DNA of 64,000 nucleotides, from contig CAVWAQ010000002.1 in the NCBI GenBank assembly GCA_963753065.1, positions 145,863-209,862 on the forward strand, in the 5' to 3' direction. The stretch comes from Candidatus Bathyarchaeota archaeon (GTDB lineage: Archaea; Thermoproteota; Bathyarchaeia; 40CM-2-53-6). The translations under genes were made by a program, and so were the position numbers. Shown here one piece after another: positions 26,281 to 36,292 of the stretch; the stretch's first letter is position 1, and each line of letters opens with the position of its first letter. The notes below the pieces were generated by a model. It worked only from the letters and a program-made list of their open reading frames with translations, searched no databases and was not told where the DNA came from.

Positions 26281-28134
26281 TTGCGAGTCCTATTGATCCA
26301 CGCTGAGTCCTTCGAGTATCAAGTGCGGGAGAAGGCAGTTGAAGAACCAGAGAAGTTCGAGACTTCTCGTTCTCACGGCCAGATGGAGAATGTCTTGGTC
26401 GCGTTTTGCACGATCGAGAAGGACGATGAGAAAGACCCGGTACGGGTCGCGGCAAACGGGTCCGAAGCGGTCAGAGAGGTTGCCGATCAGGTCAGAACCA
26501 AGAACATTATGGTCTACCCATATGCGCACCTCTCAAGTAGTCTAGCCTCAAGAGATCCAGCAATCAAAGTAGTCGCGACAATGGAAGATCTTCTCAAGAA
26601 GATGGGCTTCACAGTTCAAAGAAGTCCGTTCGGCTACTACAAGAGCTTCCGATTACATTGCTTGGGGCATCCTCTGGCGGAGCTGTCCCGAACCATAACG
26701 GCGGAGAAGAAGCCTGAGGAACGTGCGCCGATTCAGACGGAATACATGATAATGGATCTTGAAGGCGGCTTGCACGCTCCAGGGGAGTATCGCTACTCGA
26801 AGGGAGAAGAGGAGTTCAGAACGCTCGTTGAAAAGGAAGCCCTCAAGAAAGGGCTTGCTGGCGGCGGCGAGCCGCGTTTCCTGGACTACTGCAGGAAGTT
26901 CGGAATCGAGTGGGAGCCGTATTCGGATGTCGGCCACATGAGATACGGTCCGGAAGCTACGCTCATCTTCGATCTGATTGCCGATTATTCGTGGGCCATT
27001 GCAGGCCACGTAGGTATACCAGTCCTTCAGGTTCGCGGGACAAACTTGTTCGATCTCTCTGTGAGACCCGTGAAGGAGCATGCAGACCTATTCGGCGCGA
27101 GGCTGTACAAGGTCGACTTGGACGAGAAGAGCTTCGTCATGCGGTATGCCGCTTGTCACCAGCAATTCGCGATGGTGAAGGACTGGACTATCAGCTATCG
27201 GAACGTCCCATTCGGCACATTCGAAGTTGCAGATAGCTATCGACTTGAGCAAAGCGGAGAACTGCTGTTATGCTTCAGAGTGAGAAAACTGCACATGCCC
27301 GACCTTCACATCTACTGTCGTGATCTAGAGAACTCGAAGAATGTCTCCATCAACACGCACAAAGTCATCTATGAGGAGATAGGGAAACTCGCAAGAGACT
27401 ACGTCTCAGTATACAACACGACAAGGAGTTTCTTTGAAGGAAACAAGCCATACTTCATTGAACTCGCAAAGCTCGAAAGAAAGCCTATACTCCTCAACTT
27501 TGTGCCAGAGGGGATCTACTACTGGGTCCTCAACATCGAGTATCATATCATCGATGAGCTAGACCGGCCTAGGGAAATAGCCACGTTCCAGATCGACATG
27601 GGCAACGCCAAGAGATTCAACATCTCATACGTTGACCAGAACGGTGCGAGACAGTTCCCGCCGATAATTCACACCGCACTCATTGGAACCGTTGAGCGTT
27701 ACATCTTTACGATCTTGGACAGTTGTGCTAGGATGGAGAGAGAGGGCAAGAAACCTCAACTCCCCCTCTGGTTGGCTCCAAGCCAGGTTAGGATCATACC
27801 CGTAACAAGAGAATTCTTGCCATATGCTGATGAACTCGCCAAGAAATTGAACGATGGAATAGTCAGAACCGATGTCGACGATTCCGACGAGACTGTTGAG
27901 AAGAGAGTGCGGGACGCCGAGATGTTGTGGGTTCCGTACATCATAGTCGTCGGAGCCAGAGAGAAGGGAGTGACTGAGTTGCCGGTTCGTGTCAGGGAAA
28001 TAGGTACGCAACCCAGAATATCGATAGAGAAATTGGCGGCTGAGATTAGGGAGAAAACGGCAGGGTATCCATTCCGGCCCCTCACGCTTCCTCTTCACGT
28101 TAGTAGCAGGCCAGGTTATCGATCATATCAGTGA
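26281..28134 (+). CDS. thrS: Threonyl-tRNA synthetase, archaeal type with the N-terminal archaea-specific editing domain
   Basis: The N-terminal MRVLLIHAESFEYQVREKAV editing-domain signature, the class II catalytic core and the C-terminal anticodon-binding domain. Confidence 0.9.
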   Translation: MRVLLIHAESFEYQVREKAVEEPEKFETSRSHGQMENVLVAFCTIEKDDEKDPVRVAANGSEAVREVADQVRTKNIMVYPYAHLSSSLASRDPAIKVVATMEDLLKKMGFTVQRSPFGYYKSFRLHCLGHPLAELSRTITAEKKPEERAPIQTEYMIMDLEGGLHAPGEYRYSKGEEEFRTLVEKEALKKGLAGGGEPRFLDYCRKFGIEWEPYSDVGHMRYGPEATLIFDLIADYSWAIAGHVGIPVLQVRGTNLFDLSVRPVKEHADLFGARLYKVDLDEKSFVMRYAACHQQFAMVKDWTISYRNVPFGTFEVADSYRLEQSGELLLCFRVRKLHMPDLHIYCRDLENSKNVSINTHKVIYEEIGKLARDYVSVYNTTRSFFEGNKPYFIELAKLERKPILLNFVPEGIYYWVLNIEYHIIDELDRPREIATFQIDMGNAKRFNISYVDQNGARQFPPIIHTALIGTVERYIFTILDSCARMEREGKKPQLPLWLAPSQVRIIPVTREFLPYADELAKKLNDGIVRTDVDDSDETVEKRVRDAEMLWVPYIIVVGAREKGVTELPVRVREIGTQPRISIEKLAAEIREKTAGYPFRPLTLPLHVSSRPGYRSYQ

Positions 28135-28483
28135 CAACATTTTATATGTCATGAACAGGCCGTAAGTAGCAGGATAGTGATCTCAAATGAACCGTGACCA
28201 GTTGTACGGAGGTACAATTTTCGCGATCTCACTCATTGTTGCCTTGGGGTACCTTGTTGCTTTCTTCCCGCAGGTCCTTTCGCTGCCAGGATGGTTGCAC
28301 GAGTGGGCCGTGGGGCTGCCTGTGCTTCTTTTCGTGCTTGCCGTCCTCGTGATTGCGATGTGGATTGGATGGACGATGATGACGACTCCTCCTCCAGCAC
28401 CGTTGGAGCCCGAGACGCTACCGGAGACCAAGACCGAACAGAAGAACTGACGATAAGAGGCAATGCCGTCCCACCCCGACTGA

Positions 28484-29020
28484 TTGCATGTCGCGATAGA
28501 GCTAACTACCTTGCCCGCGCCACACTGGGATAGGAAGACGGGGAGGATGCACAGGAAGTTGGATCTCGCATTCTGGGCTACCGTGATACTGATAACTGTA
28601 ATAGGAACGGTAGGTGGTGTGCTGTTCAAGTCAGGTACGAACGTGCTGGGAACCATCGACTTCAAACGACTTCTCGATATCAGAATGTCCACCACCACGC
28701 TTGTCTTTGGTGGGCTGGTTGTGTTCAGCGTCTTCCTATTCTTCTATAGCGGCTACAGCCTGCGGGGTCAAGTCTTTGCCGCAGAGTACCTTTTCACTCC
28801 GATAATCTTCTTGGCTCTAGTAATGATGGCTCTCTCGCGTTTTCTCATCGGGATCCCCATGTCTGTAACGGGGCTGGGACGACTAACCGGACTGCTCACA
28901 GCACTTACGGTGCTAACCACGGCTGTTGCAAGTAACCTCATCTTCAAGGAAACATTCTCCACGCGAGTGCTCGTAGGGATGGCCCTCGCGGTCGTCGCCG
29001 TTGTCCTCATAGGAGAGTAG
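28484..29020 (+). CDS. Small multi-pass membrane protein (EamA/SMR-like transporter fold)
   Basis: Four to five hydrophobic helices; the C-terminal NLIFKETFSTRVLVGMALAVVAVVLIGE resembles EamA/ArnE-type proteins. Confidence 0.45.
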   Translation: MHVAIELTTLPAPHWDRKTGRMHRKLDLAFWATVILITVIGTVGGVLFKSGTNVLGTIDFKRLLDIRMSTTTLVFGGLVVFSVFLFFYSGYSLRGQVFAAEYLFTPIIFLALVMMALSRFLIGIPMSVTGLGRLTGLLTALTVLTTAVASNLIFKETFSTRVLVGMALAVVAVVLIGE

Positions 29021-29101
29021 CGACCCACCACCTACGTGTAATCTTGCATTCAGAATCGTTCGGGAAACATAATATGCCCCGTATGCCTACGAGGGCGCAC
29101 G

Positions 29102-29509
29102 GTGTGGAAGTTGATCAAGGGCCTACACCATGTCGGAGTAGCCGTTTCGAATCTTGATGAAGCCTTGAAGACTTACAAGATGACGCTCGGTCTTGAACCT
29201 AGTTTCGTGAAAGAAGTCAAGGACCAGAAGATTCGCGTGGCAAGCTTCAAGGTCGGAGAGAGCTCGCTGGAGTTGTTTGAACCAACTGACCCAAGCAGCA
29301 CTATTGCCGCCTTCCTCGCCAAGCGGGGCGAGGGGATGCACCATATCGCGCTAGCTGTTGACGATATACGCGCGACGCTGGATGCCGCGCAGAAAGCAGG
29401 AGCGACCGCTATTGACCGGGAGCCGAGAGTTGGAGCTGAAGGTCAGTTGATCGCTTTTCTTCACCCTAAGTCGACTAGGGGAACGCTGGTCGAGCTCTGC
29501 CAAGAGTGA
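29102..29509 (+). CDS. Methylmalonyl-CoA epimerase (VOC/glyoxalase fold)
   Basis: The motifs LHHVGVAV, ...ELFEP... and GEGMHHIALAVDDI are typical of the methylmalonyl-CoA epimerase metal ligands. Confidence 0.75.
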   Translation: MWKLIKGLHHVGVAVSNLDEALKTYKMTLGLEPSFVKEVKDQKIRVASFKVGESSLELFEPTDPSSTIAAFLAKRGEGMHHIALAVDDIRATLDAAQKAGATAIDREPRVGAEGQLIAFLHPKSTRGTLVELCQE

Positions 29510-29545
29510 TTGGGCGAACGCATAGCACTGAGGTCTGCATGCGAT

Positions 29546-29944
29546 CTATGGCTCTGTGAAGAAGTAGCGAGGCCAGCGCGGCCACTCGCTCGGAACGGTC
29601 ACTTCGAAGTCTGTTTGAAGCTCCATTCCGATTTTCAGATTCTCGAGCTTGACGTTTCTTATCATTCCAGGGAGTCTTACTCCTTTTCCGAACTCAACAA
29701 TACCGACAGCGTAGGGAGTTAGCTCTTGGAACTGGACAGGCGATACGTGTATCACAGTGTACGTGACCAACTTTCCCTTGCTTGGCAGCTCGGTCCAGTT
29801 CATGTCGCTACTCCCGCAGTGCGGGCACAGACTCCGCGGGGGCACGGTGACTTTCTTGCATTTGGCACATACAACTCCCATTAGTTTCTTCTCGGCGCAG
29901 AATTTGTAGAAATTCTCTATTGTGGGTGCGAGTGTGGCTGTCAT
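29546..29944 (-). CDS. DUF35 protein (zinc ribbon plus OB fold) partnering the adjacent thiolase
   Basis: CAKCKKVTVPPRSLCPHCGS zinc ribbon and an OB-fold C-terminus. It lies immediately downstream of the thiolase. The ORF opens at 29998, but the likely start is MTATLAP. Confidence 0.7.
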   Translation of the reverse strand: MTATLAPTIENFYKFCAEKKLMGVVCAKCKKVTVPPRSLCPHCGSSDMNWTELPSKGKLVTYTVIHVSPVQFQELTPYAVGIVEFGKGVRLPGMIRNVKLENLKIGMELQTDFEVTVPSEWPRWPRYFFTEP

Positions 29945-29945
29945 T

Positions 29946-31118
29946 CTAGTCACCTCTACTATAGATCTGCACCACAGCGGTTGAAGCTGATCCGCCAATG
30001 TTTTGTGTGAGGCCGATCTCTGCTCCCTTCACTTGGCGCCCTCCTGCCTGGCCAGTAAGCTGCAAGTATATTTCGCAAGCTTGAGCAGTCCCGGTGGCAC
30101 CAACGGGATGGCCCTTGGCCTTCAACCCCCCACTGGTATTAACTGGGATTTGTCCTCCTATTCTCGTGATGCCCTCATCGATGAGCTTTCCTCCAGCCCC
30201 CTCTTTGCAGAAGCCCAAGGCCTCGTATGCCATGATCTCGGCGATTGTGAAGCAATCGTGGGCCTCGGCCACATCGACGTGTTTGGCATCGATCTTCGCC
30301 ATTTCGTAGGCCTGCTTTGCGGCAAGCTTCGTCACATTCATGGTTGTGACATCATCTCTCTCGAATAGGCCGAGGGTGTCTTGTGCTTGGCCTGATCCGA
30401 CGATGTGAACGGGGGTATCAGTGAATTTCTTCGCGAGTTTCGGGTTTGCCAGAACAATGCAACTTGCGCCGTCAGATACTAGCGAGCAGTCGTAGAGTTT
30501 CAGGGGGGATGCGATCGGCCGGGATGAGAGCACGTCACTAACGGTTATCTTCTTTTGCAAATGCGCTTTGGGATTCAGCATTCCGTTCTCATGGTTTTTC
30601 ACAGCGACTTTTGCGAGTTGTTCCTCTGTAGTTCCATACTTTGCCATGTGTGCAGTAGCCATCATCCCGAATATCCCTGGGAACGTGATGCCATGCCATT
30701 GTTCGAAGGGAAAGTCGGAGGCCATACCTAGGTTCTCGGTCACTGTTGCGGTGCGACGATTCGTCATCTTCTCCACACCGCCAACCAGAACGATATCGTG
30801 CATCCCTGACTGGATCGCAAAAATCGCGCACCTCATTGCAACTCCTGAAGAGGCGCAGGCAGCCTCAGTGCGATACGCGGGAGCGGGCAATAGGCCGACC
30901 CAGTCGCTAATCATGGGTGCTACGTGTGCTTGGTGCTCGTATGATTCGCTCATCTGGCCAACAAACAAGCCATCGATATCTTTCTTTGGCGACAGGTTGG
31001 GGCATCTCTCGAAGGCCTCTGAGGCGGCTTCGACGAAAAGTTCGCGAGCATACAGTCCTTCTCTAACGCCGAATTTCGAAAGGCCAGCAGAGACAATAGT
31101 TGCCAGTGGCTTTGTCAT
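29946..31118 (-). CDS. Thiolase (acetyl-CoA C-acyltransferase, archaeal SCP-x-like type)
   Basis: Active-site Cys context YRTEAACASSGVAMRCA and C-terminal GHPVGATG/ GGSASTAVV thiolase motifs. Confidence 0.85.
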   Translation of the reverse strand: MTKPLATIVSAGLSKFGVREGLYARELFVEAASEAFERCPNLSPKKDIDGLFVGQMSESYEHQAHVAPMISDWVGLLPAPAYRTEAACASSGVAMRCAIFAIQSGMHDIVLVGGVEKMTNRRTATVTENLGMASDFPFEQWHGITFPGIFGMMATAHMAKYGTTEEQLAKVAVKNHENGMLNPKAHLQKKITVSDVLSSRPIASPLKLYDCSLVSDGASCIVLANPKLAKKFTDTPVHIVGSGQAQDTLGLFERDDVTTMNVTKLAAKQAYEMAKIDAKHVDVAEAHDCFTIAEIMAYEALGFCKEGAGGKLIDEGITRIGGQIPVNTSGGLKAKGHPVGATGTAQACEIYLQLTGQAGGRQVKGAEIGLTQNIGGSASTAVVQIYSRGD

Positions 31119-31212
31119 GATCTTTCACGATTCCATGGGTGATTGCGATTCGGGCAAGGTTATCGCTTCAATCTGCCTTGTAGCTTCTCGTAGACCGCAA
31201 CTGGCATGAGGT

Positions 31213-31890
31213 CTATTTCTTGAATTTTTCCTTAACCCAAGCGCGTATCGGTTCGAGTTGAGTGCGCATCCGGGCCTTTTGCTCTGCGGATCGCCTGTTA
31301 AGCGGTGGGCCTTCGGGCACGAAGTAGATGTCCATTGGGTTCCCGGAGGGGTGTTCAACGAACTTGATGTTGACCTTCATGTCGCATTCCACGTCTTCTG
31401 GACTCATTCCTACCAATCGGCCAGCGATGAGTGTATTCGCGCCTTCAACTCTCACGTACGCCAATATGAAGGGCAGGTCTGAGAGAAATGCCTCCCCTGC
31501 GAAACCGAGAACTGTGAAACAGTGAAGCATGCCGTGCATGGGCATATCTATCCATTCAGTCTCGGCCAGCTTGCACTTGTTTCTCCAGCAATGCGCTCTC
31601 GGCGGGCAGAAGACATCTCCGCATTTTGGACACTTTGTTCCGACGAGTTTCTTCTCCGTGAGTGCTTCGAAGAATCTTGAGACTAGTCCGTAGCTGTGTT
31701 CATACATTACGTCCCATGGCCTGTTCACGAGCATGTAGCGTGCTCTTTGGAGTTTGTCGGTTCGAGGGCCCTTGTTTCCCTCGATGATCTTGTATCCGAC
31801 AACGTTCCACTTTCCGAGTCTGCCCCAGTCTGACCATTTCGAGTCCGGCTTCTTTTCCTTGATGATTTTGTCAGGTTCCATTTCGCTCAT
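31213..31890 (-). CDS. DUF35 protein (zinc ribbon plus OB fold), second copy
   Basis: TKCPKCGDVFCPPRAHCWRNKC ribbon; its start overlaps the stop of the upstream thiolase-like gene by 4 nt. Confidence 0.7.
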   Translation of the reverse strand: MSEMEPDKIIKEKKPDSKWSDWGRLGKWNVVGYKIIEGNKGPRTDKLQRARYMLVNRPWDVMYEHSYGLVSRFFEALTEKKLVGTKCPKCGDVFCPPRAHCWRNKCKLAETEWIDMPMHGMLHCFTVLGFAGEAFLSDLPFILAYVRVEGANTLIAGRLVGMSPEDVECDMKVNIKFVEHPSGNPMDIYFVPEGPPLNRRSAEQKARMRTQLEPIRAWVKEKFKK

Positions 31891-33167
31891 CTCTCCATAA
31901 TCATGACCGAAATCGCGGTCCCAGTTCCTGCGTGACTGTGGTTCAGTCCGACCTCTGCGTCCTTGACTTGGGTCGCGTCGCTCTTGTGCTTCTTTCCAAT
32001 TTCTTGTCTCATTTGCCAGAAGAGTTCCACTGTCTGGCCGATTGCGGTCGAGCCCACGGGGTGTCCAAAGCCTTCTAGCCCTCCGCTCACATTGACTGGA
32101 ATGTCGCCATCAACATAGGTCTGTCCTTCTCTGATGAGCGTCTTGCCCTGGCCTCTCTTGCAGAAGTCTAGGTCTTCGTACGTTTGAAGTTCACTCGAAT
32201 CATATGCGTCGTGTATTTCGGCAATATCTATCTGTTTGAGCGGGTTCTTGATCCCTGCCATCTTGTATGCCATTCGAGCTGCGACTTTGCACGCACCGAA
32301 GTTCGTCATCTCAGGGTATGGCTCCCGGGGTTTCACTGCATACTTTGGGTAGGCTCGGGCCTCGCTCGGGAACATGCCATGGAAACCGGGATTATCTGGG
32401 CGATCTCCGGGTCTCATCATGTCGCTTCCGAGCCCGACTCCCGTTATCCAGATGGGCATATCCGTGATCTTCTTTGCGTACTTCTGCGACGCCAGCACAA
32501 TCACACTTGCTCCCTCGCTTAGTAGGCAGCAGTCTAGCACTTTCAAAGGCCAAGCGATAAGGCGAGAGGATAGTACGTCATCAACTGTGATCTTCTTTCC
32601 TCCACATTCGATAGGCCACTGCGCGTATGGGTTGTCCAAGCTGTAGTTCCGGTTCTTCACCGCGATCATCGCGAGATCCTCTTCAGTCTCGCCGTAGAGG
32701 TACATGTGGCGTGCCTCCATCGCAGCGTAGTAACCGGTGTAGTAGCCGCCTACCGGAAAGTCGAAGTCTGTGTCGCTCGCCAATGCGATGAATTCATTTG
32801 CTTTCGCAGAGGACACTTCTCCCTGCTTCTCGAAGCCGCTCACAAGGCATACGTCGGAGAGGCCGGATACCACAAGTGCCCACGCGGTCCTGATTGCGGT
32901 ACCAGGCCCGGCCCCTCCATTTTCGACCCTAAAGACGGGTTTCGGAGTCAGACCAAGGTAGTCGTTGGGTATCCAAGAGGCCGCAAGCTGTTGCTCGAAA
33001 TGGTCGCTGAAGTAGGAACACACATGGTTGTCTATGTCCTTGATTGAGAGATTGGGGGTGTCCTCAAGCGCCTCCTTCATTGCCTCAGCAACCATCTCTT
33101 CCTGGTTCTCATGTCTTGGTCTTTCATATCGGGAGATTCCACCGGCAACTACCGCCACTTTTCTCAC
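31887..33167 (-). CDS. Thiolase-fold protein that lacks the nucleophilic Cys (Ltp2-like aldolase or non-catalytic scaffold type)
   Basis: Thiolase-like fold (GHPVGSTAIGQ, SGGLEGFGHP), but the position of the catalytic Cys reads VENGGAGPGTAI. Confidence 0.65.
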   Translation of the reverse strand: MRKVAVVAGGISRYERPRHENQEEMVAEAMKEALEDTPNLSIKDIDNHVCSYFSDHFEQQLAASWIPNDYLGLTPKPVFRVENGGAGPGTAIRTAWALVVSGLSDVCLVSGFEKQGEVSSAKANEFIALASDTDFDFPVGGYYTGYYAAMEARHMYLYGETEEDLAMIAVKNRNYSLDNPYAQWPIECGGKKITVDDVLSSRLIAWPLKVLDCCLLSEGASVIVLASQKYAKKITDMPIWITGVGLGSDMMRPGDRPDNPGFHGMFPSEARAYPKYAVKPREPYPEMTNFGACKVAARMAYKMAGIKNPLKQIDIAEIHDAYDSSELQTYEDLDFCKRGQGKTLIREGQTYVDGDIPVNVSGGLEGFGHPVGSTAIGQTVELFWQMRQEIGKKHKSDATQVKDAEVGLNHSHAGTGTAISVMIMER

Positions 33168-33895
33168 GGGTTTCGCCTCGAAGCCAAGAACGTGAACCTG
33201 TTCTACGATAAAGCACTTTGTTCCCCTGTTCGTCTTGGAAGGGCGTAGCGGCCCAAGCGCCGGGTCCTCAGCGGTAGCTGAGCTGTTCCGGCAGCCGTCT
33301 TGTGCAGCCTCGACAGATCAGAAGGGGAAGGTCACTTTGGAGACGTTTGCGGCGCCAATCACATCGCTTGCCTGTTTTCAATATAGGTCTCATGCCGGCA
33401 GGGAGCCTTGCCGCGAACGACAATGGAAAAAGGGCGCGCCGGCATACCCGGAATTGGAGACGAGTGAAGAAGATCCCATCTCCGCTAAGCGACTAGATAC
33501 TACTCGGGACCGCAGCAGAGTGGACAAAGACTAGTTGGGCAGCCTCGGCGCGTGACGCCGACAGTTGCGCTCATACCCTGAGAGGGTGGTGCCCCTGAGA
33601 CGCCTGAAGTGCAACGATGCACCAGGTTCCCCGTGGACATCTGGCCTCTCGGCGTGTCGCAGACCTCGGCCAACAGTCTTGGCTTTTGACTGCCCGAAGA
33701 GCAATTGCCCAATCGTGCCTACAAGCAGGTGTGTGTCACAACAGCTGTGACAAGGGCCGGACAAGCTGCCGCCCAAGTGTGGTTCGCGTTCTGGAGGAGC
33801 GCTGCAAGGCACCGTTGGGTCATCGAACAGCTTGGTTAGAGACTAGACCGCTCAGGGTTTCCGCTTGCACTTGCTTCGAAGAGGCGCTTGCTAGT

Positions 33896-34346
33896 CTACC
33901 TGCGGGGCCCTTCTTCCTTCACCCTCGCAACAATATGGTCGATGATCTCGCTCAGAGGGGTTCCCGGCCCGAAGTTGCCCGTTATCCCTTCTTTCTCCAA
34001 TGTGGGCTTGTCCTCCTCCGGGATTATCCCGCCACCGACCAGAACGATGTCACCGGCACCCTTCTGTCTAAGCAAGGTAGCAACTTTCGGGAAAGCTGTC
34101 AAATGCGCGCCGTTAAGGAGGCTCATCGCCACTACATCCACGTCCTCGTCTATTGCAATCTGTGCCACTTGCTCAGGCGTCGCCAGCAGCCCGGCATAGA
34201 TGACTTCCATGCCGGCGTCTCTGAATGCTCGGCAGAGAACCAGTGCCCCTCGGTCGTGCCCGTCTGGCTGTCTAGATCTGCACTAGCCCGGGTTTGGCGA
34301 CGAGGATCCTGATCCCTACGCCTGACTTCGGTTCTGGTGATTTCAT
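33896..34346 (-). pseudogene. Methylmalonyl-CoA mutase B12-binding subunit, interrupted by a 19-nt insertion
   Basis: Translation from ATG at about 34346 reads MKSPEPKSGVGIRILVAKPGL, then 19 extra nt (gtgcagatctagacagcca) introduce a TAG. The DxHxxG motif and the rest of the domain (DGHDRGALVLCRAFRDAGMEVIYAGLLATPEQV...) continue in the -1 frame. Confidence 0.7.
34266..34286. other. 19-nt insertion that carries overlapping XbaI (TCTAGA) and BglII (AGATCT) sites inside the mutase B12-binding subunit gene
   Basis: Plus strand reads ...ggtcgtgcccgtc[tggctgtctagatctgcac]tagcccgggtttggc. Removing the bracketed 19 nt restores ILVAKPGLDGHDRG. Coordinates are approximate to within 2 nt. Confidence 0.6.
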
Positions 34347-34429
34347 TACTGCCGCTTGCGTGGGAATCCACCTTGACGTGTATGTCTCATCTGGCTCTCA
34401 TAACGTTAACGTCAGTTAGGACTGGGGTT

Positions 34430-36196
34430 CTACAGGATGCCTGGCTCTTTCCAGTCTCCGAAAACCTGTCGGCCAACATCCACAATCTCGCCAAGCGTTG
34501 CGTATTGCTGCACGGCGTCGAGGATCGGAGCGATGCAGTTCGCTTTGTCATCCTCCAACGTGCGGCGTAGTCTTTCCAGTGTTCTCTTGACTCGTGAGTC
34601 GTCACGATGTGCCTTAAGTTCCCTCAGTCTACGTATCTGCCTCTCTTGAGCGGCAACATCGACTTTCAACGTGCTCAGGGGGTGTTGTTCTTTGATCATG
34701 TACTTGTTCACTCCCACGACTGTCCTTTCCCCTCGCTCGATCTGTCTCTGGTACTTGTATGCGGTGTCGGCGATCTCCTTCTGGAAGAACCCGTCCTTGA
34801 TTGCAGGGAGCACTCCTCCCAGAGATTCTATCTTGTCGAAGTACTCGTATGCTCGCCTCTCCATCTCATCTGTAAGCGCTTCCAGATAGTACGATCCGCC
34901 GAGCGGATCAATCACATCCGCAACGCCAGTCTCCTCGGCTATGATCTGTTGGGTTCTCAGTGCGATTGTCGCGGCCTCCTCGGTGGGCAGTGCCCAAGCC
35001 TCATCATATGAGTTCGTGTGAAGTGACTGCGTGCCGCCCAGAACCGCGGCAAGAGCCTCAATCGCGGTCCTGACAATATTGTTCAATGGCTGCTGCCAAG
35101 TAAGCGAAGCACCCGAAGTCTGCGTGTGGAATCTCAATAGCATAGATCGTGGATCTTTGGCTCGAAATCTGTTCTTCATCACGTGAGCCCAGATGCGGCG
35201 GGCGGCTCGAAACTTCGCAACCTCCTCAAAGAAGTCCATTCCGCAGTTGAAGAAGAAAGATAGCCGGGGGGCGAAATCGTCGACACCAAGGCCGGCCCCT
35301 GTGCCGAGCTTGACGTATTCAAAACCATCAGCGAGTGTGAACGCAAGTTCTTGGAGCGCGCTCGATCCAGCCTCGCGGATGTGATACCCGCTGACGCTGA
35401 CGTAGTTCCAGTTGGGTAGATTCTTGGTCGAGTACACGATCATGTCGCGGATAATGCGCAGGTGCGCCTCAGGCGGGTAGTTCCACTCCTTCTGAGCTAT
35501 GTACTCCTTGAGGATGTCCGTCTGAACTGTCCCTCTCAGCTGGTCAGCTTGCACTCCTTGTTTCTGCGCGACCGCGACATACATGCAGGTGAGCACAGCT
35601 GCCGGGGCATTGATTGTCATTGAGGTACTGACCTTGCCCAACGGAATGCCAGCAAAGAGATGCTCCATGTCCTCGAGTGAAGAGACCGAGACGCCGCATT
35701 TCCCTACTTCTCCAAGAGCACGAGGATGATCCGCATCATACCCATAGAGGGTCGGCATATCGAAGGCTATGCTAAGACCTGTTTCGCCATGGTCAAGCAA
35801 GTACCGGAGCCTCCGGTTCGTGTCCTCGGGAGCACCGAATCCTGAGAAGAGGCGCATTGTCCATGTTCGGCCGCGGTACATCGTCGGATAGATTCCTCGC
35901 GTGTATGGGAATTCTCCGGGGAACCCAAGATCCCTGGTGTAATCGCCGGACGCAATGTCTTTTGGAGTGTACATCCGATTCAAGGTGATGCCGGACAGAT
36001 TCTCGGATACGTTTCTTCGTTCCGGTGTGTCCGAGAGCCGCGGGCGCAGAAGCTTCCTTTCCCATCTCTTCTGTGTGGCCGCTAGAGTTCTCCTCTGAGA
36101 CTTCGAGAGCGTACCTGATCGTGATCTGCGTCTTGCTTTCAGTTGTCGTAGAGTCGCTTTCCAGAAGTCCGTATTGCCCGACGGGGACATTGTCAC
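34430..36196 (-). CDS. Methylmalonyl-CoA mutase large (catalytic) subunit
   Basis: [60 protein letters not shown], a hallmark of the mutase N-terminal (substrate-binding) barrel. Length 588 aa. Confidence 0.85.
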   Translation of the reverse strand: MTMSPSGNTDFWKATLRQLKARRRSRSGTLSKSQRRTLAATQKRWERKLLRPRLSDTPERRNVSENLSGITLNRMYTPKDIASGDYTRDLGFPGEFPYTRGIYPTMYRGRTWTMRLFSGFGAPEDTNRRLRYLLDHGETGLSIAFDMPTLYGYDADHPRALGEVGKCGVSVSSLEDMEHLFAGIPLGKVSTSMTINAPAAVLTCMYVAVAQKQGVQADQLRGTVQTDILKEYIAQKEWNYPPEAHLRIIRDMIVYSTKNLPNWNYVSVSGYHIREAGSSALQELAFTLADGFEYVKLGTGAGLGVDDFAPRLSFFFNCGMDFFEEVAKFRAARRIWAHVMKNRFRAKDPRSMLLRFHTQTSGASLTWQQPLNNIVRTAIEALAAVLGGTQSLHTNSYDEAWALPTEEAATIALRTQQIIAEETGVADVIDPLGGSYYLEALTDEMERRAYEYFDKIESLGGVLPAIKDGFFQKEIADTAYKYQRQIERGERTVVGVNKYMIKEQHPLSTLKVDVAAQERQIRRLRELKAHRDDSRVKRTLERLRRTLEDDKANCIAPILDAVQQYATLGEIVDVGRQVFGDWKEPGIL

Positions 36197-36292
36197 GTCC
36201 TAGCCTCCTGGTCTCAAATCTGGGGCATAAGCTATAAGCACTTTTTCTAGCTGTCTCTCTGACAACGTAAGCTGCGGAAGCGTGCAGAAAAG

